Shown in pieces: positions 49,742-57,897 of a stretch of 64,000 nucleotides of DNA (positions within the stretch are counted from its first letter, which is position 1; each line of letters starts with the position of its first letter). Below the pieces are notes generated by a model. The model had not been told where the DNA came from. It ran no database searches and saw only the letters and a list, made by a program, of their open reading frames with translations. This DNA comes from Anaerolineaceae bacterium (lineage in GTDB: Bacteria; Chloroflexota; Anaerolineae; Anaerolineales; E44-bin32), in contig CP070708.1 of the NCBI GenBank assembly GCA_020350285.1, positions 970,369-1,034,368 of the forward strand. The letters are read 5' to 3'. A program made the translations under genes and the position numbers.

Positions 49742-49771
49742 AACGGGTCAAGGCAAGTCAATGGAGGAGGT
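49742..49771 (-). promoter_or_regulatory. sigma-70-type promoter of the ttuB-ttuA-queF-yhhQ operon
   Basis: The minus strand reads TTGACT-N18-TACAAT, about 30 nt upstream of ATG 49710. Confidence 0.45.
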
Positions 49772-49947
49772 AGACATCTGATGGTATCGATGAGTAAGGA
49801 GGTGAATCATTGTCTGACAGGCTTTAATCATAGAGAACATAGGGCAGATCGAACGTACACATTACAACTAAGGGGAATCGCCTGTAGATTGATAGTGCTG
49901 AGCATCGAGACTATGATCTAGAACGTTTGATAACTTGCTTGAGCAAT

Positions 49948-50859
49948 TCAGGTAGCAGCGGGTAGGCTCTGTTCTTGGGAGATATCGGCTTTCTCCTCTT
50001 GTTGCCTCATGGAGTTGAAAGCTGCAATAGCCACTTCAATCATTTGTGGATCAGGCTCGCGAGTCGTGAGGCGCTGTAACCATAAATTTGGGAACACGAT
50101 GGGGCGTGCCCAGGAGAAACGCATCAACTTCGCTGTCAAGCGGATATACTCGTATGCCAGTGAAGCCAATATGGGGACCAATAAGATACGGCTTCCAAGA
50201 CGGTATAGAAGCGGTTGTGGTCCTAGGGCTGTGAAGATCAAGATCGAGAAAGCAATTACGGTTAGCAAGAAAGCCGTCCCACACCTAGGGTGTTCTAGAG
50301 GGAATTGTTTAACGGTGTCCACCGCCAATTCCTCACCTGCCTCGAAGGCGTTGATCGTCTTATGTTCAGCACCATGATAACCAAATACACGTTGGATATC
50401 AGGCATGAAGCCAATTGCCCAGATATAACCTACATAGAGGACTAATCGGATCAATCCTTCTAGTAGATTTGAAGCAATAGCACCCCATTGAACGAAATGT
50501 TCTATCAAATATGCAATTCCAGCAGGTAACAGGAAGAAAAGGCAGATACCAAGTATCAGCGAGAAGATGAGGGTGAGGATCATCTGACCTCCCTCAAGCT
50601 GCTCTTCCTCTTCAACCTGCATATTGGCAGAATATGTCAGGGCACGTACGCCCAACACAAGTGCATCCCACAACTTGAGTAAGCCTCGAAGGAAGGGAAT
50701 TTTCGCTATTCCGTTTCGGTACATACCGCTTAGGGGTTGGGTTTCAATAACGATGGATTGATCAGGGGACCTAACAGCGACAGCACAAACCTGTGTGCCT
50801 CGCATCATCACCCCTTCAATGACGGCTTGACCACCGTATATCGATAATCTCTCTTTCAC
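49948..50859 (-). CDS. DUF1385-family membrane protein
   Basis: YGGQAVIEGVMMRG at the N-terminus, GYHGAEHKTINAFE, and four or more TM helices. Confidence 0.8.
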   Translation of the reverse strand: MKERLSIYGGQAVIEGVMMRGTQVCAVAVRSPDQSIVIETQPLSGMYRNGIAKIPFLRGLLKLWDALVLGVRALTYSANMQVEEEEQLEGGQMILTLIFSLILGICLFFLLPAGIAYLIEHFVQWGAIASNLLEGLIRLVLYVGYIWAIGFMPDIQRVFGYHGAEHKTINAFEAGEELAVDTVKQFPLEHPRCGTAFLLTVIAFSILIFTALGPQPLLYRLGSRILLVPILASLAYEYIRLTAKLMRFSWARPIVFPNLWLQRLTTREPDPQMIEVAIAAFNSMRQQEEKADISQEQSLPAAT

Positions 50860-50884
50860 CGTTGAACTCCCAAGAAGTTATTAC

Positions 50885-52252
50885 CTATAAACTAATTTCA
50901 AACATGAAACGAATATAGGTTTCAATACCACGCCTAAAATTAGGCAAATGCATTTTTTCATTAGGCGCGTGTAAATTATCATCAGGTAATCCAAAACCCA
51001 ACATCAGGCTGTCAACGCCAAGTAATTCCTGCACCATTCCAACAACGGGTACCGTTCCACCCTGACGTTGAAAGACCGGTTTCACGCCCCAGACGGCTTC
51101 AAGTGCACGACTGGCGGCATGGACCGCGCTCGAATCATGCTCTACGATCGCGGGAGGAGAACTGGCCATCGCCTCGAGCTCCCACGTAACAGTGGGTGGG
51201 GCGTGGGTCTTTAAATACTCTTCCAGACTTTTCTTGATTCTTTCTGGGTGTTGGTCGGGGACCAATCGCATGGAGATTTTCGCCATCGCCTGTGCAGGGA
51301 GAACGGTCTTCGAACCTTCCCCTGTGAAACCGCTGAGCATGCCATTCACATCCAGCGTTGGTCGCACTGTCGCTCTTTCCGTTGGCGAGTAGCCTTGTTC
51401 ACCGAAGAGTACGGATGCGCCGCTTTGTTCCTTCCACCATTCGTCTGGCATGGATATCATTTCAGCGCGCTCGGTATCGGAAAAAGAACGCACGTGGTCA
51501 TAAAACCCGGGGAGCGTGATACGACCATGATCGTCACGCATCCCAGCGATCAATTTACTCAAGACGTTAGCCGGATTATCCACCGCACCACCGAATGTGC
51601 CTGAGTGAAGATCCCCAGCTGCACCTTGAATGCGGATTTCGAAATATGCCAATCCACGAAGGGAAATGGTTATTGCGGGCACGTCAGGCGCGAGAATACT
51701 TGAGTCGCCGTTCAAACACAGGTCACATGACAGAAGATCTTTATTTTCTGAGATAAATGAACCCAGATTCGGAGATCCAATCTCCTCCTCTCCCTCAATG
51801 AGATACTTTAGATTTACTGGAAGACTAGAGGTGGCAAGCATGGATTCCACCGCTTTGAGGTGAGCGACGACCTGCCCCTTCATATCCGATGCCCCTCTGG
51901 CGAAAAGATCCTCACCACGAACCTGAGGTACGAATGGCTCACTGATCCATAATTCGAGAGGGTCAGGTGGCTGCACATCATAATGACCATAGAAAAGGAT
52001 CGTTGGCGTATCTTTTCCAGCCTTCATCCACTCTCCATAGACCACGGGATGACCTGTAGTGGGCATCACGGCAACGGATTCGAAACCAGAACTCTGAAGT
52101 CGATTTGCGATCCAATCTGCTGCCTGATGCATGTCATCTTTGTGATCAGGAAGTGTGGATATGGACGGGATACGCAGGAAGGATAAGAATTCTTCCAGAA
52201 AATCCGTTTGGTGGTCCTTTGCATAAACGAGGGCTGCTTCAAGATCAGACAT
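50885..52252 (-). CDS. M20-family dipeptidase/acylase (ArgE/DapE/CPG2-like)
   Basis: FYGHYDVQP, RGASDMKG, EGEEEIGS, and a C-terminal HAPNE. The start at ATG 52252 follows a GGAG RBS. The longer forms (52264, 52294) lack an RBS. Confidence 0.85.
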   Translation of the reverse strand: MSDLEAALVYAKDHQTDFLEEFLSFLRIPSISTLPDHKDDMHQAADWIANRLQSSGFESVAVMPTTGHPVVYGEWMKAGKDTPTILFYGHYDVQPPDPLELWISEPFVPQVRGEDLFARGASDMKGQVVAHLKAVESMLATSSLPVNLKYLIEGEEEIGSPNLGSFISENKDLLSCDLCLNGDSSILAPDVPAITISLRGLAYFEIRIQGAAGDLHSGTFGGAVDNPANVLSKLIAGMRDDHGRITLPGFYDHVRSFSDTERAEMISMPDEWWKEQSGASVLFGEQGYSPTERATVRPTLDVNGMLSGFTGEGSKTVLPAQAMAKISMRLVPDQHPERIKKSLEEYLKTHAPPTVTWELEAMASSPPAIVEHDSSAVHAASRALEAVWGVKPVFQRQGGTVPVVGMVQELLGVDSLMLGFGLPDDNLHAPNEKMHLPNFRRGIETYIRFMFEISL

Positions 52253-52704
52253 CTTCAACTCCATATGAGGGGCGGTCGCACATTGATTTGTCAAATATTG
52301 TTATTCTTGTATTTGTAGGGAATAGACGATCATCGCGCAGGTATGTTTCTTGGATATCATCTACCATCGAACTCGCATGGTGCAAGACCTCACTCTATCG
52401 GTACAGAACTTGTGTATTCTACCACCATTGGACAGGCTATCATTTCTTTTCGCTCCGCCTTAGACTGGGACATGAATCCACAATAGGTCGGGGACTTCCC
52501 CAACCCTACTATGGATTCTCATCGTTATGTTTTTATGATCTCCTCCCGAAAGTGTGGATGATAGATTTGATGTTGCGATCAGAAGCAATAAGCCCGAAAT
52601 GCGATCTACCTGTTCTTCAGGGTGTATTCATCCAGGTCATGCATACCATTGAGGTTGTTATTCATCGTCTTTCCTGAAGTGAAACCGTTATGGAACGACG
52701 ACTC

Positions 52705-52755
52705 GTAGCGACGCCCTGGTAGGGCGTCGTTGAGGTGCTGGACGCGCCCCCCTAC
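52705..52755. repeat. degenerate/rearranged copy of the family A palindromic repeat
   Basis: GTAGCGACGCCCT-GGT-AGGGCGTCG...GCGCCCCCCTAC. The inner hairpin has a perfect 9-bp stem (52709-52729). Confidence 0.4.
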
Positions 52756-53059
52756 GATTAATCTGAGGATGCGATGGCTTGTGCATGCATTGCCATGGTT
52801 ATGCTCTCCGATACGACCTGGGCAATCCTTTTGGACATGATCCGGGGAGGAAAAGGTTGAGAAGCTTAATCCAATGTCAGAACGCTTATCTGAAGAAGAT
52901 CAACTTATGTCAACTTTCCGCAGAATTTGGAGCAGAGCCTTTTTTAATTTGTTAGGCAATTTCGTACAGCGTTGAACAGGGGGAGGACATAAGGGCTACT
53001 GCTTTTTGATGTAGATTTTTCTATACTAAATATTTAGGTCCCGTCCAATTAAGGTTACG

Positions 53060-53425
53060 ATGGACCGTCATTTTGACGTTCCTGTAGATCCTCCGGTTTC
53101 GCCGGATTCTGTTCGCATTCGGTCATTTGATGTGGAACCATATCCGGACGGTCGTAGGTTAAAGTGCACTCTAGAGATTACGGATTCGAATAACTCTCCC
53201 GACGCTGAAATCGTTATTGAAGATCTCGAAGGTCAAACGGTCGCTAGTAGCAACATCATCGGTTTAGCAAACAGCACGGCGATATTTACTGTGCATTTAC
53301 GTGAACCTACTCAGGTCAAGAGTTACACAGCTAAAGTTTCGTTGACAGATCATGATGTGGGATTGGTGGATCAAAAATTAATACATTTTTCGATCCCACA
53401 TGCAACGACGGACGCGAAAGCGTGA
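53060..53425 (+). CDS. hypothetical small beta-rich protein (no family recognised)
   Basis: 121-aa ORF with alternating beta-strand-like segments. Its stop lies 7 nt before (or overlaps) the STAND gene start. No RBS is obvious. Confidence 0.5.
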   Translation: MDRHFDVPVDPPVSPDSVRIRSFDVEPYPDGRRLKCTLEITDSNNSPDAEIVIEDLEGQTVASSNIIGLANSTAIFTVHLREPTQVKSYTAKVSLTDHDVGLVDQKLIHFSIPHATTDAKA

Positions 53426-53432
53426 AGGCTTT

Positions 53433-56400
53433 ATGACAAGTCTTGACTCGGTGCTAAGGCACGCGGTAACGCCTCCTGCGTTTGACCAGACGAAGCTCAA
53501 CCGTGAGCGCCTTGTTGATATCATTCATGCAAATATCCCACGTAAATTGATAGTTATTGCTACACCAGCCGGGTACGGCAAAACGACCTTGTTGGCTAAT
53601 TTCAGCGCGCAGACAGAGCTCCCTGTTTGTTGGGTACGCATCACCGAGGCCGATCGTGATGTGATGCGTTTCGCCAATGTTTTAGCTGTCTCCCTTCAGA
53701 GAAGATTCCGTCGTTTAGGGGGGAAATTCGTTCTTGAGCGGTTATCTGATTCGTCTCCTCAAGCGTTAGCCCGTGCTTTTGCAGATGTTATCGATGCTAA
53801 TGTAAGCGAAACATTCGTTATTGCGCTTGACGATGTTCACTATATCAATCGATCGAAGGCTACCACGGCATTCATAGATGCATTTCTTGAGGTTCTACCA
53901 GAACAAGTGACCATTCTCGCTTCAGGTCGCGAGGTACTTGAAGTTTCATTGGCCAGGCTCATGGCTGAGGGTGGGTTGGCAGGTCTCGGACCGCAGGATA
54001 TGGCCCTTACAAGGGATGAACTTGCTGAGCTTGCCGAGATTCAAGTAGGAGTTGAGCTTTCCAGTCAAGAAACCAACCGGCTTTTAGAGGAAACCCGAGG
54101 TTGGATTACAGGAGTGGTGCTTTCAGGAAAGCTAACTGGTAGTGGGCTGAGCGCTCTCGTTCAAGATCCGCGCCCGATGGTTTATGAATATCTTGCTTCT
54201 GTGGTGTTGAATCGTCAGCCCGATGATCTACGTCGTTTCATGCTCGACTCCTGTGTGTTCCCGGTAATGACGGCTGAGGGATGCAATTACGTCTTAAAGC
54301 AGGAACAAACCATCCGCTTCTTGAGACGTTTGGTCCGTGGCGGCATGTTTGTTACAGCGACCGATGAGACTCCTAGAATATATGAGTATCATCCTCAGTT
54401 CCGTCAATTTCTACTCGAATTACTTAAAAGCGCTGATCGAGGCAGATATAAGCGCCTCCTTGTGAGAGCTGCCAATTATCTCGCTGATCACGGATCTCCC
54501 GAGTATGCTGTCGATTTGTATTCTGAAGCGGGCGCCTTCGCGCGCGCAGCCGCTCTGGCTGATAGACGTGCAGAGGAGATGCATCTTAGCGGAAGATGGA
54601 TAACGTTAGAATCCTGGGCTCAGCGACTCGAGGAAAGCAAAGCCTTAGCGCCTAAAGTTTTTCTCTACCTAGCGGCGAGTTACACTGAGCAGGGGGACCT
54701 CGAGGCGGCAGAGTCAACATTGCAGCGCAGTCGTGAAATGCTTAAGCCGAGCGCGGCAAAATCGATTCAAGCTTATGTTGAGATCTTGCGAGGCCACATT
54801 GCTTATCGCCGTGGTCAATATGATGAGGTCCTCAAGGCAGCTGATGATGCGGAACGGTTGCTAGGTTCCCGAGGGAGTCGACAACGAAAATCCAACTGCT
54901 ATCGTCTGCGGGCGTTAGCGACCCTCCGAAAAGGTGACCTTCAATCAGCTGAGACTTTTGCGGAAGAGGCTTTAAATCTCCTCAACCAGACAGATCTGAA
55001 GAGTGCTCAAGCGTATGCCTTGGTTGATTTATCGAATATCCAACTCGATCTTGGCAAAGCAGCTGAGGCGCATGCATCTTCTCTCAAGGCGCACGGAATA
55101 CTCCTCGAGGTAGGCGGACCCATCAAGTTAGCCGTATCTTTCAATAACTTGGCATACGATGCCCATCTCCAGGGCAGGTACGAGGAATCTTTGGAACTTT
55201 ATAACGAGGGGCTGAAGTATGCCAGACAAGCTGCTAGTCCAGCACGTGAAACCAACATCCTTTTTGGCCAGGCCGATCTTTTCGCTGATCTTGATCTAGC
55301 GCTGCAAGCAGCGGAGCTTTACGGGCAGGCTTTAAACATAGCAGCAAGGTTGGATAACCTTAGCCTAACCCGTTATGGTTGTATTCAAACGAGTATGTTG
55401 CACCGAAGGAGAGGGGGTATTGTACTTGCCCATGAATGGTTGGGGCGCGCAATGGAGCTAGAGAAGAAGTCAGTCGCTCCGCCTGCTGTTACGATCCAGC
55501 GTTGTGCATTGGAGGCAATGGCTAAACCGGAGCAAGCCCAGAACACCCTCTCTAGATTATTGCGGAAAGAAAAACGGCTCGATGCGTCTGAAAAAACCTT
55601 AGCCCTCTTCTTCACAGCTCGAGCAGCGATGGAGGCTGGTGACCTTGATGATACACAGGCTGCATTGGAGCAAACCCTCGACTGGAGTGGGGGAAACGGC
55701 ACAGAACAATTCGTGGCCGGGGAATTAGCTTTCGACACGGATTTCCGAGAATTTGCCAGACTCAGGCTCGGTAATCACCCTGTACTTTCGGTAATCTTAC
55801 GTCGGATCGAGACCATGCGTGGGATTGCTCAGCTTTATCAGGAGGCACCAGAGGATGCAGATGCCGCAGTCCAAGTTGCTTTATTTGCGCTTGGTGAGGC
55901 CAGTATCCATTGTCAAGACAGTCGACTATCGGATCTTAAACCTCTGGCTAAAGAGGTGCTCTTCCACCTAGCTGATCATCAACGGGTGGAGCGCGATATT
56001 TTATTGGAGACATTTTGGCCGCACCATCCACCAGGCCGTCAAGTCGCCAACCTGCACACCACGGTCTATAACCTACGGCGTGAACTTGGACGGGATGTCA
56101 TTCTCCACGAAGGTCCGGTTTACTGCCTCAATCCCGAACTACCGGTTGAGTATGATGTCATCCGATTTGAACGTGCGGCTTCGATCGCAGAGGGATTACC
56201 GCCCGGCGATCCACGCAAGATGTTCGCTCTCACTGAGGCCATTAACTCCTATGGTGGTCCATTTCTGGCCGAATTTGCGTCCGATTGGATCATGGAGCGC
56301 CGCCGTGACCTCGAGATGCGTTATCTAGACCTCTTAGCGCAGCATGCACAAGAAGCTCTGGTGCGCGATCAGCCTTTGCGTGCAGTAAATACACTTCGTC

Positions 56401-56585
56401 AAGCCCTGCAAATTGATCCTTATCGTGATGATACGAATTTATATTTTCTCGAAGCCCTGGGTCGTCTTGGAAGGCGGAGTGAAGTCGTTTCACATTACCA
56501 ACGGTATATTCGCTTGCTTGCTGATGAGCTTGGCCTTGATCCACCTGAACCCGTGAGGGAGCTTTACGCACGCTTGATCGACTGA
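53433..56585 (+). CDS. STAND-class regulator: MalT-like NTPase + TPR array + C-terminal winged-helix/BTAD (SARP) module
   Basis: Walker A ATPAGYGKTTLLANF and Walker B FVIALDDVHYI are MalT-like. A long helical-repeat middle follows. The C-terminus carries KEVLFHLADHQRVERDILLETFWP...NLHTTVYNLRRELG (OmpR/SARP wHTH) and a BTAD (...YGGPFLAEFASDWI...ALQIDPYRDDTNLYFLEALGRLGRRSEVVSHYQRYIRLLADELGLDP). An alternative ATG is at 53400. Confidence 0.85.
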   Translation: MTSLDSVLRHAVTPPAFDQTKLNRERLVDIIHANIPRKLIVIATPAGYGKTTLLANFSAQTELPVCWVRITEADRDVMRFANVLAVSLQRRFRRLGGKFVLERLSDSSPQALARAFADVIDANVSETFVIALDDVHYINRSKATTAFIDAFLEVLPEQVTILASGREVLEVSLARLMAEGGLAGLGPQDMALTRDELAELAEIQVGVELSSQETNRLLEETRGWITGVVLSGKLTGSGLSALVQDPRPMVYEYLASVVLNRQPDDLRRFMLDSCVFPVMTAEGCNYVLKQEQTIRFLRRLVRGGMFVTATDETPRIYEYHPQFRQFLLELLKSADRGRYKRLLVRAANYLADHGSPEYAVDLYSEAGAFARAAALADRRAEEMHLSGRWITLESWAQRLEESKALAPKVFLYLAASYTEQGDLEAAESTLQRSREMLKPSAAKSIQAYVEILRGHIAYRRGQYDEVLKAADDAERLLGSRGSRQRKSNCYRLRALATLRKGDLQSAETFAEEALNLLNQTDLKSAQAYALVDLSNIQLDLGKAAEAHASSLKAHGILLEVGGPIKLAVSFNNLAYDAHLQGRYEESLELYNEGLKYARQAASPARETNILFGQADLFADLDLALQAAELYGQALNIAARLDNLSLTRYGCIQTSMLHRRRGGIVLAHEWLGRAMELEKKSVAPPAVTIQRCALEAMAKPEQAQNTLSRLLRKEKRLDASEKTLALFFTARAAMEAGDLDDTQAALEQTLDWSGGNGTEQFVAGELAFDTDFREFARLRLGNHPVLSVILRRIETMRGIAQLYQEAPEDADAAVQVALFALGEASIHCQDSRLSDLKPLAKEVLFHLADHQRVERDILLETFWPHHPPGRQVANLHTTVYNLRRELGRDVILHEGPVYCLNPELPVEYDVIRFERAASIAEGLPPGDPRKMFALTEAINSYGGPFLAEFASDWIMERRRDLEMRYLDLLAQHAQEALVRDQPLRAVNTLRQALQIDPYRDDTNLYFLEALGRLGRRSEVVSHYQRYIRLLADELGLDPPEPVRELYARLID

Positions 56586-56777
56586 AATCCTTAGTAAATA
56601 TCTCCATTGTGGTCGTAGAGAATGGAGAAATCGAACATAAATTGCTGTTCAATCTATGAAGACATCAGTTTCAGGGTATGTAATCGAAAGTTCGAAGTTA
56701 ACCGAATTTCATTGAGAATCCGTTGAGATTCTTTCAGTATCCTAAATACGAGAGGGAAGTAAGTAAAGGAGGTTGCC

Positions 56778-56822
56778 ATGGTCAGCACCCGCTGCCCTAG
56801 GGATGGTGCACTAATAGACTAA
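56778..56822 (+). CDS. candidate 14-codon mini-ORF (MVSTRCPRDGALID)
   Basis: A near-perfect SD (AAAGGAGG) lies 5 nt upstream of the ATG. The candidate promoter TTGAGA-N17-CAGTAT is at 56712-56740, and an intrinsic terminator lies 45 nt downstream. It is too short to test by composition. Confidence 0.25.
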   Translation: MVSTRCPRDGALID

Positions 56823-56867
56823 CAATAGTGTGCATCATCTTGGCAACTTAAATTTTGAAACACGCCT

Positions 56868-56899
56868 GGCAGCGAGGCGCATTGCCTGCTGCCTTTTTT
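56868..56899 (+). terminator. intrinsic terminator between the mini-ORF and the 96-aa gene
   Basis: GGCAGCG(A)GGC-GCATT-GCCTGCTGCC is followed by T6. Confidence 0.65.
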
Positions 56900-56940
56900 G
56901 TTTGAAAAATGGTGGAAATCTGTTGTAAGGAGAAACAAAC

Positions 56941-57231
56941 ATGAGTATGGAAACCCTCAATAAACTCGTAGCAAGATCGATTATCGACCCAGGTGTGGTC
57001 CAGGCATTTACTGCTGGACGGATTGGAGATGTGATCTCCGAACTTGATTTCTCTGCGGAATTGTGTGACAGTCTTTCGGACATCGAAGCAGAGTCGTGGG
57101 CGGAATATGCCGTCCTTGCATATCGTTATGTGAAGGCTGCCGAAGAGCGTGAGGTTCGCATCCAATTGCCTTCCCCGCTCGAAGGTTTGTTGCCTGATGA
57201 GAAGCGAGCTGAGGACGAACAAGCGGCATGA
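56941..57231 (+). CDS. hypothetical small helical acidic protein
   Basis: GGAG RBS 8 nt upstream. 96 aa. ATGA overlap with the downstream gene. N-terminus METLNKLVARSIIDPGVVQAF... No confident family. Confidence 0.6.
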   Translation: MSMETLNKLVARSIIDPGVVQAFTAGRIGDVISELDFSAELCDSLSDIEAESWAEYAVLAYRYVKAAEEREVRIQLPSPLEGLLPDEKRAEDEQAA

Positions 57232-57740
57232 TCCCTATCACAAGAGAAGAGCGCCAGTGGTTCTTACGTAGCTTGGCGCAGGGCCTGATCGACTATCTCG
57301 GGGTCCAGGAGCCACCGGTGCCAGTCGAAGACCTTCTCAAGAACCCGCCGCCGTTGTATGACTCTGACTTCGGCGTAGTAGATATGTACTCCAATCTCTG
57401 GGACGCTACTTTCGCACGACCGCCAACTCAGAGAGGCAGCATCTTTGTTCGCATCGATCTGGATCCGGAAGAACGACGGTTTGCTCTCGCAAGGGAAACC
57501 TTGAGCGCGCTCATCACGAGTAAACATGGTCGTGCAATAGGCTTGTTCGATCTCCTGCTGCCACACTTGAGGGAATCAGCGGAGTACTTCGCAAGTCACC
57601 TCCTTGCCCCAGCCACGATGCTGAAAGCCTACCACGAGCAAGGAGGGCGTGCACGGGGCATGTCAAAAACCTTCGGCATACCTCCTTTTGTCGCCTTGCA
57701 GCGCTGGGAAGATTTCCACTCTATTGACCATACTCCTTGA
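57228..57740 (+). CDS. ImmA/IrrE (COG2856, M78)-like domain protein with degenerate zinc motif
   Basis: EERRFALARETLSAL aligns with the family block RRF(T/S)LAHELGHxL, so HExxH becomes RETLS (nt 57492-57506). The downstream E..FA..LL.P block is kept (SAEYFASHLLAP), as is the FG(I/V)...A..R tail (FGIPPFVALQRW). Confidence 0.6.
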   Translation: MIPITREERQWFLRSLAQGLIDYLGVQEPPVPVEDLLKNPPPLYDSDFGVVDMYSNLWDATFARPPTQRGSIFVRIDLDPEERRFALARETLSALITSKHGRAIGLFDLLLPHLRESAEYFASHLLAPATMLKAYHEQGGRARGMSKTFGIPPFVALQRWEDFHSIDHTP

Positions 57741-57761
57741 ACCATAGATGCAAATGATAAT

Positions 57762-57789
57762 AAGCCGGCTCTTGGGCCGGCTTATTTCC
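57762..57789 (+). terminator. intrinsic terminator after the ImmA-like gene
   Basis: AAGCCGGC-TCTTGG-GCCGGCTT is followed by ATTTCC. Confidence 0.6.
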
Positions 57790-57897
57790 GTTAACTTGTA
57801 CTCAATCCTCCACACGATTCAGACCTGGCACCTTCCTTGCACCACATGACGGAAATATCGACAGCATGTATAATCTCAGCTTTGAGGCTAACTGCAC

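Noticed and set aside
49711-49947. Possible preQ1 riboswitch upstream of the ttuB-ttuA-queF-yhhQ operon
   Set aside because: I read the minus strand and found no preQ1-I/II-like hairpin with an A-rich tail. The predicted promoter leaves only about 25 nt of leader. An Infernal scan would settle it.
52105-52677. 190-aa plus-strand ORF
   Set aside because: Its first third is antisense to the well-supported M20 peptidase gene. The remainder has implausible composition (Cys/Trp/Tyr-rich, with no motifs) and no RBS. I treat it as a shadow or run-on ORF.
56941-57231. The 96-aa protein as a Nif11/NHLP/LigA-like RiPP precursor
   Set aside because: The N-terminal helix pattern (MS.E.LNKL....DP...F) is only vaguely leader-like. 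There is no GG/GA cleavage motif, no Cys/Ser/Thr-rich core, and no maturase genes nearby.
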